From: a virus
Taxonomy: Duplodnaviria; Caudoviricetes
Virus record (IMG/VR): IMGVR_UViG_3300017565_000002
Span: 96,001 to 160,000 of that record
Strand: one strand, 5' to 3'
DNA: 64,000 nucleotides
Position numbers and translations under genes: made by a program. Shown here piece by piece: positions 20,395 to 29,783 of this stretch (positions are counted from its first letter, which is position 1; each line of letters begins with the position of its first letter). Below the pieces are notes generated by a model. The model was given only the letters and a program-made list of their open reading frames with translations. It was not told where the DNA came from and ran no database searches.

Positions 20395-21261
20395 ATGGCA
20401 AGATCATTGGAGCAAATTGGGTGGACCTATGGTATCGATGATATCAAGGAAAAAATCCGCCAGTATGGACGCACGCAACATGGGGGAATCCATGTTGCCT
20501 ATTATCCGACGATTAATCAGTTCGAAACACCTGATGCGTACGAATCATTCGTTGATGTACTGATCGCATCGGTAAAGAAAGACCTGTCAAATTCCCGGAA
20601 ATTACTCCGTAAGATGACGATGGCGTATAAATTTTCCGAGGGTGATGAACTCCGGGAAATGAACTTTGTGCAGTTTGTGTTTAACCTGATTATGTGGGGG
20701 CCGTACATTTATGCACGCATCCCAGTGGGTGAAAAGGATATCTTCAACCCAGAGATTTTTAATAATACCAAATATAACGAATACTACAATAAATTTTCCG
20801 ACAATTACAGGAATCTATTTACGATGGCTGAAATGTCGGAGCTATTCTTCAACGTACAGGTCAATATGAATAAGCTTGTTGTTGCAATTGGCCCTTTATT
20901 CGGTCATTCCATTTCTATCTATGACATGGTTCGACTGGCTAAAGAGCACAAAGAACTCAATGATATTTTCAATACAGAAATCGACTTGGATAATTTCCAA
21001 GTCAAAGAGGCCGAAGAATTCCTTACCTCCCAGACAGAAAGAATGTTCCAAATTCTGATGGGTCTCGGTAATAAGCACAATCCCTTGAAAGCGTTTATCC
21101 GGGCTGGTACAGGCGTGAATAAACATCAAGTACGTGAATCGTACGTGCACGCTGGCTTTAAACCGGACTTAGAGGGAGACACAATTCCAATCACAACGAA
21201 TAGTAATTTGATGACCGAAGGATTAAAGACGCCTGAATCCGTATTTGTAGACTCCAAGGGT
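20395..21261 (+). CDS. RNAP beta' (middle/C-terminal) subunit, exon 1, probably non-virion RNAP
   Basis: Ends ...GLKTPESVFVDSKG at a U preceding the intron; after splicing it continues GLKAAVMQQGVSDAGYFSR, matching the beta' bridge-helix pattern ([21 protein letters not shown]). Confidence 0.85.
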
Positions 21262-21873
21262 AAACTCTGCCCCTTCTAAGAGGAAACTCTTAGTCGAATA
21301 ACCTGCCTAATTGCTGGGACGTACTAACGCCCTTTAGCCAACTATCTCTGGTCGGATAGTATGGAGCGAAAGCAGAAATAAGTAAAGGGATGATCTTAGG
21401 ACGAACCGAAAGTCCTCATGATCCGCTATCGTTCGATAGCACAATGTACAATCAGCAGCGAAATATCATTATGCTTATCCCTTTGAGTATATTAATAAGA
21501 ATCCATACAAAAGGATGTAATGACATGTATAAACTTATTCGCAAGGAAGAAGAAAGATGCATACATCAGGGCTCCACATACTAGGAAAAAATAAAGGGAT
21601 ACGGATCACCTTATTCTGACCAAATACAGGCGATTCAAAAGCATAATGATAAACCGTTCAACGATCATTCGAAAGCTGTCTTAGACAGCGAGTAGCCGTG
21701 AAACTCGGCAACAGAAGTAGGGCCCAAGCGGGCGGGTGAAATTCCCTTAAACCGAAATGGCAGGAATCCTAAGGGAGAAATCCTATGGATAAAGAGATGA
21801 TCTCGACGTCTGGAGAAATTCCAGAGAAGTTCATAAGAGAACTGTGTGGTTTAGCGAACTACACGAAGGATAG
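21262..21873 (+). mobile_element. Group I self-splicing intron (612 nt), no intact endonuclease gene
   Basis: Exon ends in U and intron ends in G; P1 GGGU/GCCC(C)UU 21269-21275; P3 CCTGCC 21302-07 with GGCAGG 21759-64; P AATTGCTGGGA 21309-19; Q AATCAGCAGC 21450-59; R GTTCAACGATCA 21656-67; S AAGAGATGATCT 21792-803; removal restores the frame. Confidence 0.92.
21525..21584 (+). pseudogene. Mini-ORF in intron P6 loop, possible homing endonuclease remnant
   Basis: MYKLIRKEEERCIHQGSTY* with upstream AAGGA, enclosed by stem ATCATTATGCTT/AAGCATAATGAT; loosely resembles a GIY-YIG N-terminus. Confidence 0.35.
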
Positions 21874-23064
21874 GGACTCAAAGCAGCCGTGATGCAGCAG
21901 GGTGTATCTGATGCAGGATATTTTAGCCGTCACTCCACCTTCCTGACGGCAAATGTTACATTACACGAAGATCCAAATTATTCGTGTGATACTGTCAATC
22001 TCCATACCACACACATCCAATCGCAGAGAGACCTGGATGTGTTTGTTGGCAGATTCATGAAGGTTAAAGATAAAAAATACACAATCATCAAGAAAGATGA
22101 TAAGCATCTGATCGGTACCACAATTCAGGTCAGATCACCAGCTACATGTGCATCCAAAGAAGAGGGTAAAATATGCAGGGCCTGTTATGGGTTTCTGTTC
22201 AATGTGAACTATGGTATGCATGCGGGATTATATGCAGCCATTGATACAAACGAAAATAAAACGCAGTTAGGTTTGTCTGCTAAACATGCATTAGCCACTT
22301 CGAGTGCAGAGATAGAGATCATCGATGAAAAGATGTTCTTGATCAATGAGAATGGTTGGTTATTTACCTTAAATGAAAATATCGATATGAAGAATTATGA
22401 ACTCGTGGTGAACCACTCGGATGTGTACATGGAGAATAAGGAAAACTATGAGCGTTACGATAACTATTTCCTTCAAAGGTTAGTCTTCCGCCATGTGAAA
22501 ACCGGGGAAATATTTGAAGTTTACGAGAAAAAGGAGATTCATTTCTATCTGAGCAGTCAACTATTCACATTGCTTAAGGATAAGAAATTCTTCTCCATGA
22601 CGAATGACGAGTCGACTACGATCCCATTGAAAGAAATCGACACGGAATCGCCACTTGTCTTCCTTCGGATTAGTAATGATGAACTGACAAAACCAATCAA
22701 GCAGCTCACGAAGTTTATCCAAAAGGGAGAGAAGCCTGTTAAAGGCCTGCAAGATTATGATGAATTCATCACGGTATTGAACAAGATGTTCCGGCAAGGT
22801 GGGATGAATATCCCATCGGTGCATATCGAGATGATCATTCGAAATTTAGTACGGAGTAAAGATAACGTACTGAAAACACCTGACTGGTCGAAGCCCCAAA
22901 CGCCGGACATGTATAAACTAACCAGTATGAATAAAGCAAACATTTTGAGCAGTTCGGTTATCGCTGGTCTGATGTTTGAAGAAGTCAAAGAACAGCTTAG
23001 GACACCTCTGACATACCAGAAAACTGAACCGTCGATTTATAGCCTGATGTTTATTAACGAATAA
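21874..23064 (+). CDS. RNAP beta' (middle/C-terminal) subunit, exon 2
   Basis: AGYFSR, Zn-binding CDT...RSPATC...ICRACYG, C-terminal NIPSVHIEMIIRNL; spliced product is 685 aa by my count. Confidence 0.88.
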   Translation, partial: GLKAAVMQQGVSDAGYFSRHSTFLTANVTLHEDPNYSCDTVNLHTTHIQSQRDLDVFVGRFMKVKDKKYTIIKKDDKHLIGTTIQVRSPATCASKEEGKICRACYGFLFNVNYGMHAGLYAAIDTNENKTQLGLSAKHALATSSAEIEIIDEKMFLINENGWLFTLNENIDMKNYELVVNHSDVYMENKENYERYDNYFLQRLVFRHVKTGEIFEVYEKKEIHFYLSSQLFTLLKDKKFFSMTNDESTTIPLKEIDTESPLVFLRISNDELTKPIKQLTKFIQKGEKPVKGLQDYDEFITVLNKMFRQGGMNIPSVHIEMIIRNLVRSKDNVLKTPDWSKPQTPDMYKLTSMNKANILSSSVIAGLMFEEVKEQLRTPLTYQKTEPSIYSLMFINE

Positions 23065-23112
23065 CGATGATAGCCAGAGGATCAACTTTCCTCTGGCTAA
23101 CTCTAAAAAGGG

Positions 23113-23877
23113 GTGAAAACGTTGTTTAAGCGGTTAAGGGAACTGATCAACACAGTCAAGATGATTCCGACTATAGATACAAAGCTGGATAAATTACAGT
23201 CCTCAATAGAAGCAATGAAGAAATACCCAGCTCGAAATATGTGGAACTTTAAACATGTTCCGATTACCGACAATGAACTTTTGGCGACTAAGCTCCAATT
23301 TGAAGCTCGACTTCGCGCCAAATGTGAGACTGAACTTTCTCATTGTCGGAGTAACCTCCAAGAGGCGTTAATCGAATATGACAAACTCCTCTATCAATCA
23401 ACGGATCGAATTGCATCTGGTGATTACACCACCATGATTGTGATTATTACGAAGCTGGATGTGCTAAAAGAGATGATTTTGCACATCCTCTTTGGTCAAA
23501 GTGATATTTTCAGCTTCTATCTTTATTTTGTAGATACGCCACAACTTAGAAATAGTCTGTCCGACCTCCCAACAATCGACGTGAATAAAGTATTTATTAT
23601 CAGCCCAAGTGATGTTGAAGAGTCGGACGATGTGACCACAGATGATACGCGGTATGTCAAAGTGATAATGTATGCCACTAGGCTTATCATATCATCGTCT
23701 GACATCACAGTAGATATCAGTTTAAATCAACGTAAGACTGTACTGCGAGTATTGTATTCGATCTACACCGAGAAATATCATCTCTACCACTTGGCAGGGC
23801 CTGTCAAGATTGAGAATGAGTTTGATCCGGTTGGTGAAGCAAGAAAAATAATCGCCGAATGGAGCCGAGAAAAATAA
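23113..23877 (+). CDS. Hypothetical protein
   Basis: 254 aa, GTG start after AAAGGGG. Confidence 0.75.
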   Translation: MKTLFKRLRELINTVKMIPTIDTKLDKLQSSIEAMKKYPARNMWNFKHVPITDNELLATKLQFEARLRAKCETELSHCRSNLQEALIEYDKLLYQSTDRIASGDYTTMIVIITKLDVLKEMILHILFGQSDIFSFYLYFVDTPQLRNSLSDLPTIDVNKVFIISPSDVEESDDVTTDDTRYVKVIMYATRLIISSSDITVDISLNQRKTVLRVLYSIYTEKYHLYHLAGPVKIENEFDPVGEARKIIAEWSREK

Positions 23878-24785
23878 TGACAACGAAAACCGCTGATGAG
23901 CAGTTCAATGCACTTGTGATGGACATTTACGAAAACGGGGTGTGGGAACAACCCGAGGACATTCGAGCTAAATGGGCGGACGGCACACCGGCAGCCACAA
24001 AAGCTGTAAATGATGTCCAATTGAAATTCGAAAATCAAGACGATAATAAAGCTCCGATTCTAACAACCAAGTTTGTTGCATGGAAAACGGCGATACATGA
24101 AATATTATGGATTTGGCAGCAGAAGAGTAATGAGATATCCTATCTGCAAGAACGCGGTATTCATATTTGGGATTCATGGGCAGTCCGTAACCCACTTGGT
24201 GGTTTCGGTGGGACGATCGGCAAGGGATATGGTTTCCAATTGAATGAGAAATGTCGTTCGGTTTTCATGCCGAGACCAGATTCTAATTCTGTGTGGACGC
24301 ATTCGTCAGTCGAGATGGACCAAGTGGACTATATGCTCCATTTACTTACCACATCTCCGGGTAGTCGCCGTAACATTGTCACACTCTGGGATAAAAACGA
24401 TTTGGACTACATGACAATCACACCCTGCGTCTGGAGCAGTCAATGGATTCGTAAAAATGGCAAGTTAAACTTGACGGTTAACGTCAGGTCCAATGACATC
24501 TGCGTAGGGAATCCCTTTAATGTGTTTCAATACTACGTGCTACAGCGGATGGTTTCTCAAGTAACGAATATCCCAATGGGTACATTGGTATTTAACATCA
24601 CCGACGCCCACATCTATGATCGTCATTTGGAAACAGCAGTCATCCAAGTCCAAGAGCCTATGTTTGAACCGCCGGTCTTGGAAATTGATCCTTCCGTCAA
24701 GAACTTCTATGATTTCCGCATTGAGCATTTCAATCTGGTTAACTACCAGTATTCGAAGAAATTTAGTTACGAAGTTGCTATATAA
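23877..24785 (+). CDS. thyA: Thymidylate synthase (ThyA type)
   Basis: EILWIWQ, SPGSRRNIV, catalytic ITPC, VRSNDICVGNPFN (dUMP-specifying Asn retained), DAHIYDRH. Start moved to the ATG at 23877. Confidence 0.95.
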   Translation: MTTKTADEQFNALVMDIYENGVWEQPEDIRAKWADGTPAATKAVNDVQLKFENQDDNKAPILTTKFVAWKTAIHEILWIWQQKSNEISYLQERGIHIWDSWAVRNPLGGFGGTIGKGYGFQLNEKCRSVFMPRPDSNSVWTHSSVEMDQVDYMLHLLTTSPGSRRNIVTLWDKNDLDYMTITPCVWSSQWIRKNGKLNLTVNVRSNDICVGNPFNVFQYYVLQRMVSQVTNIPMGTLVFNITDAHIYDRHLETAVIQVQEPMFEPPVLEIDPSVKNFYDFRIEHFNLVNYQYSKKFSYEVAI

Positions 24786-24836
24786 TAATGAGGGGCTGTG
24801 AATCTTGAATTCACGGCCCACATTTTTTAGACTGGA

Positions 24837-26312
24837 GTGTATGAGATGGATTCTATTACTGCGAATTATTCACACTATATCGTTCCCGAATACGAAATCG
24901 GGGATTGTGTACGACTGGAGCGAATATTATCTCGATACGACAAACGGAGGTTTCGTCTCAACCCTATTGGGTTTGTCTACGATGCTGAAAAGAAAGAATT
25001 GAGAATCCCAAGAGGGTTGTCAGAGACGCTATTGGAGAGCGTAACGAGACGGAAGATTGTTTATAATGATCAACCCAATGCTTTTGATAAGACGAATATA
25101 AAATTGACGCATCCACCACGGGAGAAATTGCAGGTTCGAGTTATCTCCTTCTTGTGTGGTGGGAGTAGCAAGTATGCCTATACAAAGAATCATACTCAAT
25201 TATTTTGTGATTTGGAAACGGGGAAAGGAAAGACTTATTGTGCCACAGCATCTATTACACATTTCAAACAAAAGGCTGTGGTGTTCACACCGAGTCGAAT
25301 CAGTAAGATAAATGACCAGTGGATAGATACCATACTATCCACGACGGACAGAAAGGAAAAACACATACTGGAAGTCGTAGGGTCAAAAACTTGTTTGGAG
25401 ATTATAGACGGTAAACACCAAGACGTCGAATTCTTTATCTTTGGACGTGCAACGGCTTCATCTTTTGCCAAAAAACATGGATGGGATATGTTCCAGAAGA
25501 TGATTGAAATGACACGTGCGGGGATTAAGATTATTGACGAAGCACATATGGATTTTGAGACAAATGTCAAAATTGACTGCTACTCTAATGTGAAGCGTAA
25601 TTTCTATCTTACAGCTACCGCAGGACGAGGTTCGATTGAAGAGGATATCGTATTCAAAAAGTTATTCGAAGGTGTGCCTATTTTGGGCATGGAACTTACA
25701 ACTATCGAGAATAATTACATCATGATGTTTATATTCCTCTACTCCCATACACCAACGATTGATCAGCGTCTTTCATGTAAGACGAAAGATGGATTATCCG
25801 CTGCATTGTATTCGGAATATCTGGCAAATAAAGAAGGTGCTAGATATGCCTTTTTCACTGCAATGGATAAAGCCATTAAGACAATCGTTATGAAGTACCG
25901 AACAGACGGCGGCAAACTTCTGATCTTAGGATCTACCAGAGAACTACTTAAGACCATCAAGAAATTCCTCGAAGTCAATTATAGTGAATTTTCTATTGGT
26001 ATGTATACGGGGGATGTCGATCGTAAAGAGCGTGAGCAAGAATTGGATAGAGACATTATCCTAGCAACCGATAAAGGTATCGGAACTGGTGCTGATATAA
26101 ACAATCTCCAATTCTTGATTAACGTTATTCCGTATAGTAATAAGATCTATGCAAGTCAGTTATCCGGGCGACTCCGTAATAATGGAAAGCTCGTATTCTA
26201 TATGGAACTTGTCAATAAAGATTTCCATGAGGCGATGGAGCAGTTTGAACGTCGCAAACCACATCTTGCGAAGAAAGCCAAGCAGGGCAAACTGTTCATT
26301 ATAGACGAATAA
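24837..26312 (+). CDS. Superfamily 2 DEAH helicase (UvsW-like)
   Basis: LETGKGKT, IIDEAH, TATAGR, GTGADI, QLSGRLR. Confidence 0.9.
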   Translation: MYEMDSITANYSHYIVPEYEIGDCVRLERILSRYDKRRFRLNPIGFVYDAEKKELRIPRGLSETLLESVTRRKIVYNDQPNAFDKTNIKLTHPPREKLQVRVISFLCGGSSKYAYTKNHTQLFCDLETGKGKTYCATASITHFKQKAVVFTPSRISKINDQWIDTILSTTDRKEKHILEVVGSKTCLEIIDGKHQDVEFFIFGRATASSFAKKHGWDMFQKMIEMTRAGIKIIDEAHMDFETNVKIDCYSNVKRNFYLTATAGRGSIEEDIVFKKLFEGVPILGMELTTIENNYIMMFIFLYSHTPTIDQRLSCKTKDGLSAALYSEYLANKEGARYAFFTAMDKAIKTIVMKYRTDGGKLLILGSTRELLKTIKKFLEVNYSEFSIGMYTGDVDRKEREQELDRDIILATDKGIGTGADINNLQFLINVIPYSNKIYASQLSGRLRNNGKLVFYMELVNKDFHEAMEQFERRKPHLAKKAKQGKLFIIDE

Positions 26313-26338
26313 AAAATTATCAGCCTCCAAACCCAATA

Positions 26339-26346
26339 TATATTAT
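26339..26346 (+). promoter_or_regulatory. Putative early promoter motif TATATTAT
   Basis: Exact motif upstream of 26411. Confidence 0.55.
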
Positions 26347-26410
26347 ACACATGTAGCGACCAACTCTGTAGTTTCAGGGTTGGTCGTATTTATACTAAAG
26401 GAGAGTTGTC

Positions 26411-26635
26411 ATGCATAAGGCAGTATTGACACTAAATCTAAATTCGGTCATCATCGATTTAGATCTAAAGGAGGTCCCTCCTTTCAAGAAGGGTGATACA
26501 ATTAAGCTTAGTAATCAAGCCGGTATGGGAGATACATGGGTGAAGATTATGAGTAACCCCTATTCAACACGAATCGGTCGATGGTCCATCGATGTCGAGG
26601 AAACTTACCCGGTACATTATACTGTGGGGGTTTAA
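26411..26635 (+). CDS. Hypothetical protein
   Basis: 74 aa, SD AAAGGAG. Confidence 0.7.
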   Translation: MHKAVLTLNLNSVIIDLDLKEVPPFKKGDTIKLSNQAGMGDTWVKIMSNPYSTRIGRWSIDVEETYPVHYTVGV

Positions 26636-26638
26636 TAT

Positions 26639-27433
26639 GTGTATAAGCTTACAAAACGGGAATACGTTGATAGTATTTCCATTCCTATTATGTCGATTGC
26701 GAAGAACGTCATTCTTTATCACAAGGTAAAGCTATCTCGACCTAATTTGGATGGAGAGAGAGATTATTACCATAAAGAATTTACCTACCGATCGAAATAT
26801 AAGGAACCTGAAAAGTTGACAACCTTGAGACTATCCCACTCTTCTATTCTAACTATTGAGAATAAGAATTCGGATGGGTATGAATCAATGGTTATCAATA
26901 TAACGAACCGAGATTTTATCGTAGAGTCATTCTCAACCATACTACCGTTTTTCGACGATGAGGAAGTCAAGTTGTTTGTGGAAAATAAAGAAGGGCGATT
27001 CGTTGTCAATCCGAAACTACGGAAAAAGACGATCATCTCTTTTGAAGCAAACAGATTGAGACTTGTAACCGTAAGACCGCACGTTATCGTTTACGATGAG
27101 GACTTATATGACCCAATCGAGGGTGTATTGATTAATTTAACTAGTCAATCACTTTCTTCCGTAGAAGTCCCCTATGAGACGTTCAAAACGTTAATTCGAA
27201 TTATCGATAGATTTGATTTCCACACGTCGGGGTTGGCTGCTTTAACCTACTTGCAATGTGCGGAGATTGGAAAATATGAAATCGATATTGTCAAGACCAG
27301 TCTATCTGATTTTGACGAAGACATGGAACCAGTTTACAAGGTTAAAAAGTATACAGAATCAGAAAATGATTCCACATCCAAACTAGAAACACGCAAATCA
27401 ACTCCACTCAAGACGTTCGATCGAGGGTGGTGA
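26639..27433 (+). CDS. Hypothetical protein
   Basis: 264-aa ORF in operon. Confidence 0.75.
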   Translation: MYKLTKREYVDSISIPIMSIAKNVILYHKVKLSRPNLDGERDYYHKEFTYRSKYKEPEKLTTLRLSHSSILTIENKNSDGYESMVINITNRDFIVESFSTILPFFDDEEVKLFVENKEGRFVVNPKLRKKTIISFEANRLRLVTVRPHVIVYDEDLYDPIEGVLINLTSQSLSSVEVPYETFKTLIRIIDRFDFHTSGLAALTYLQCAEIGKYEIDIVKTSLSDFDEDMEPVYKVKKYTESENDSTSKLETRKSTPLKTFDRGW

Positions 27434-28179
27434 AGGAGGAATGTCAGTTGAACCTATCAAATGAAATCATTCGGCTTGGAGAGTATATCTACAGGGTGTA
27501 TGATTTTCAAGATGTAGAATCTTTGCAGGTCGGCAACGCGTACATTTTCGGAGGTACGTTTAGAGGATGTCGTATGCGGCGTACAGAAGTGCTCCCCTTT
27601 ATGGGTGAATATCATCCGGATGTTACACAACCCGGAATCTATGCGGACGAGGACGATGAGCTTCATATTGTCCATCCGAAGACAGATAAAGAAAAATCAC
27701 TGTACCACTTATCTCGGGTGTTTAAAATCACACCGGAGACAATCAACACTGATCTTAGTAAGTATCTATCGGAGATTGATGTGAACGATCTGAAATACAC
27801 AGGTCAAGTATTCGAGCCTCCAATTAAAAATATCGATGACGTTGGCATCAAGGCAGTCAGACTTGCCTTATGGTTGAAACGAATCGATTTTAATAGTTAC
27901 AGGAACAGATTTGTAACACCGGCAGATCGAGCAAATGCAAAGAAAGCGCTAATGAAACACTCCACGCTTACTTTCTCCAAGCTCAAAGACTACGCCGATG
28001 TGTTTGATTTGAATTATGGGGTTATCCTATTCGACAAATCAGATGCCAAAGATCCCATGTTCAAAGAAAAGAAGGCTATCGTTGTTTTCAACAACCAGAC
28101 CTTCCCGATTAATGACGAAAATATTTATACGATTTCGACAATTGATGATGTAATATCACGAAGGGATGAGGATGAATGA
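27427..28179 (+). CDS. Hypothetical protein
   Basis: 250-aa ORF overlapping both neighbours. Confidence 0.75.
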   Translation: MVKEECQLNLSNEIIRLGEYIYRVYDFQDVESLQVGNAYIFGGTFRGCRMRRTEVLPFMGEYHPDVTQPGIYADEDDELHIVHPKTDKEKSLYHLSRVFKITPETINTDLSKYLSEIDVNDLKYTGQVFEPPIKNIDDVGIKAVRLALWLKRIDFNSYRNRFVTPADRANAKKALMKHSTLTFSKLKDYADVFDLNYGVILFDKSDAKDPMFKEKKAIVVFNNQTFPINDENIYTISTIDDVISRRDEDE

Positions 28180-28694
28180 TGCTTAAGAAAATAGTTGATC
28201 GGATTCGTGAGTTTATCGAGGATCAGCCGCCGTTGGTTACAGTCAAGATTGTTCCGCACGACCCTTTGTTTATCCCTAAATTTGCAAATAGGGAGGCCGT
28301 AGGTGCAGACGCCAGAGCGTTTATCCAAGATACCGCAGGGTTGCCCCATTATATTGTAATCGGGCCCGGCGAAAAAAGAAAGATATCTTTGGGTATACGC
28401 ATGGAAATCCCATCGGCGTACGAGGCTCAAATCAGACCTAGAAGTGGTCTAAGTACAAAATCGGAACTAATCTTACTGAATTCTCCGGGTACGATTGATC
28501 CGGATTACCGGGGCGAAGTATTCGTCGTCTACAAAAATGTATCAAAGTCTCCTGTACGGATCGAACACGGAGATCGAATCGCACAGATCGTGATTGCTCC
28601 CCGCATGAGGGTAAGGTTTGTGGCTGAAGATGAAACATCTTTGACCAAGACTGAGCGAGGTAGTGGTGGATTTGGCCATACAGGAATACAATAA
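28176..28694 (+). CDS. dut: Trimeric dUTPase
   Basis: Five motifs: GADAR, IRPRSGL, GTIDPDYRGE, RIAQIV, RGSGGFGHTG. Confidence 0.96.
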   Translation: MMLKKIVDRIREFIEDQPPLVTVKIVPHDPLFIPKFANREAVGADARAFIQDTAGLPHYIVIGPGEKRKISLGIRMEIPSAYEAQIRPRSGLSTKSELILLNSPGTIDPDYRGEVFVVYKNVSKSPVRIEHGDRIAQIVIAPRMRVRFVAEDETSLTKTERGSGGFGHTGIQ

Positions 28695-28730
28695 AGAGAT
28701 CGGGGGCTTCCCCGATCTCTTCTTTTTTTT
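28695..28730 (+). terminator. Intrinsic terminator
   Basis: AGAGATCGGGG-gctt-CCCCGATCTCT then a long T tract. Confidence 0.85.
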
Positions 28731-28807
28731 TCGTAATTTTACATAGTCATAATTATATATCATAAAAGTAGTACATATCAATATTATAAACAGGGAGAGG
28801 TTTTTAC

Positions 28808-29101
28808 ATGCACATTAAAATCAGAAGCACGGTAAGATTCATCGTGAGGCATCTGGGATTATTCATGGTTTTGGCGTTGACTTCGGTTGTAATGGCAGGC
28901 GGTATCAATTCATTATCTTTTGCTGCAACGGCTATTCTATTCGTTTTACTCAGTGTTCCTAGCATGGTTTCGTACATTGTAGTAAGCTTTACGCATAGGC
29001 CGAATCCGCTGGCGGTTCGACTGACTAGACCCGATGTCATATTCGCTTGCTTCGTTGCTTTGATCTATTGTGGCATCGATGCTAATCTATTTTATCCGTA
29101 A
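28808..29101 (+). CDS. Hypothetical membrane protein
   Basis: 97 aa, mostly hydrophobic, SD GGAGAGG. Confidence 0.65.
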   Translation: MHIKIRSTVRFIVRHLGLFMVLALTSVVMAGGINSLSFAATAILFVLLSVPSMVSYIVVSFTHRPNPLAVRLTRPDVIFACFVALIYCGIDANLFYP

Positions 29102-29175
29102 TTTTATAGCGTGTCAAATATATATGATTTAAGTGTATCGTAATAATAATCACATAAAATGGAGGCAAAAAAATC

Positions 29176-29676
29176 ATGAAAATTATCTTCAAAATCAACG
29201 AATGTGAACAACTGGTAGGTACGATCGATCGTATTGCGGAGATTGTCAATGATAAGTTCGATATGGATATCCCGTTGATCACCAATGGTGACATTTCGAC
29301 AACGGTCGATGCCTTGCTGGAAATCGGCGGAACCATCCCGGCGATCAATATCTCTCAAGTTAACGATGAAATCATCATCGAGTACGATCCGGAATTCATC
29401 GTGGATGTGACCAGCTACATGGAAGCAGTTTCGACGCGGGTACTGGATCTGGCGGTGACATACCGCATTCCGATCATAATGGCAATCGGCGGTGCCAAGA
29501 TGATTATCAACGATGTCATCCCACGCTTCAAGGTATTGTTGAAACCATTCGAATCGGCGTTCAAGATTCTGAGCGACGAACTCGGCAAAGGCGGAGAATG
29601 GGTCATCAACAAATGGCTCGTCTCGAAACAAAAATCTGAGGAACCGCAAACCGAAAATGAGAAGGTCTCGGTTTAA
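29176..29676 (+). CDS. Hypothetical protein, likely highly expressed
   Basis: 166 aa, SD GGAGG, codon bias like the capsid gene, hairpin downstream. Confidence 0.8.
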   Translation: MKIIFKINECEQLVGTIDRIAEIVNDKFDMDIPLITNGDISTTVDALLEIGGTIPAINISQVNDEIIIEYDPEFIVDVTSYMEAVSTRVLDLAVTYRIPIIMAIGGAKMIINDVIPRFKVLLKPFESAFKILSDELGKGGEWVINKWLVSKQKSEEPQTENEKVSV

Positions 29677-29783
29677 CCAATGAGCGGTGGATAGGGTTTA
29701 CCCTATACCACCGTTTATTTTTTTCCTATTTAAAATCAAACTATGTATTATTATAGGGATATGATCAAAAGGAGAGTGTCTCG

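Noticed and set aside
20395-21279. Stand-alone 294-aa protein ending GKLCPF
   Set aside because: The last five codons and the stop lie within the intron P1 region; splicing explains the break.
21390-21584. 64-aa intron ORF as an intact homing endonuclease
   Set aside because: Its 5' part overlaps ribozyme core elements and it is too short with no complete GIY-YIG, HNH or LAGLIDADG domain.
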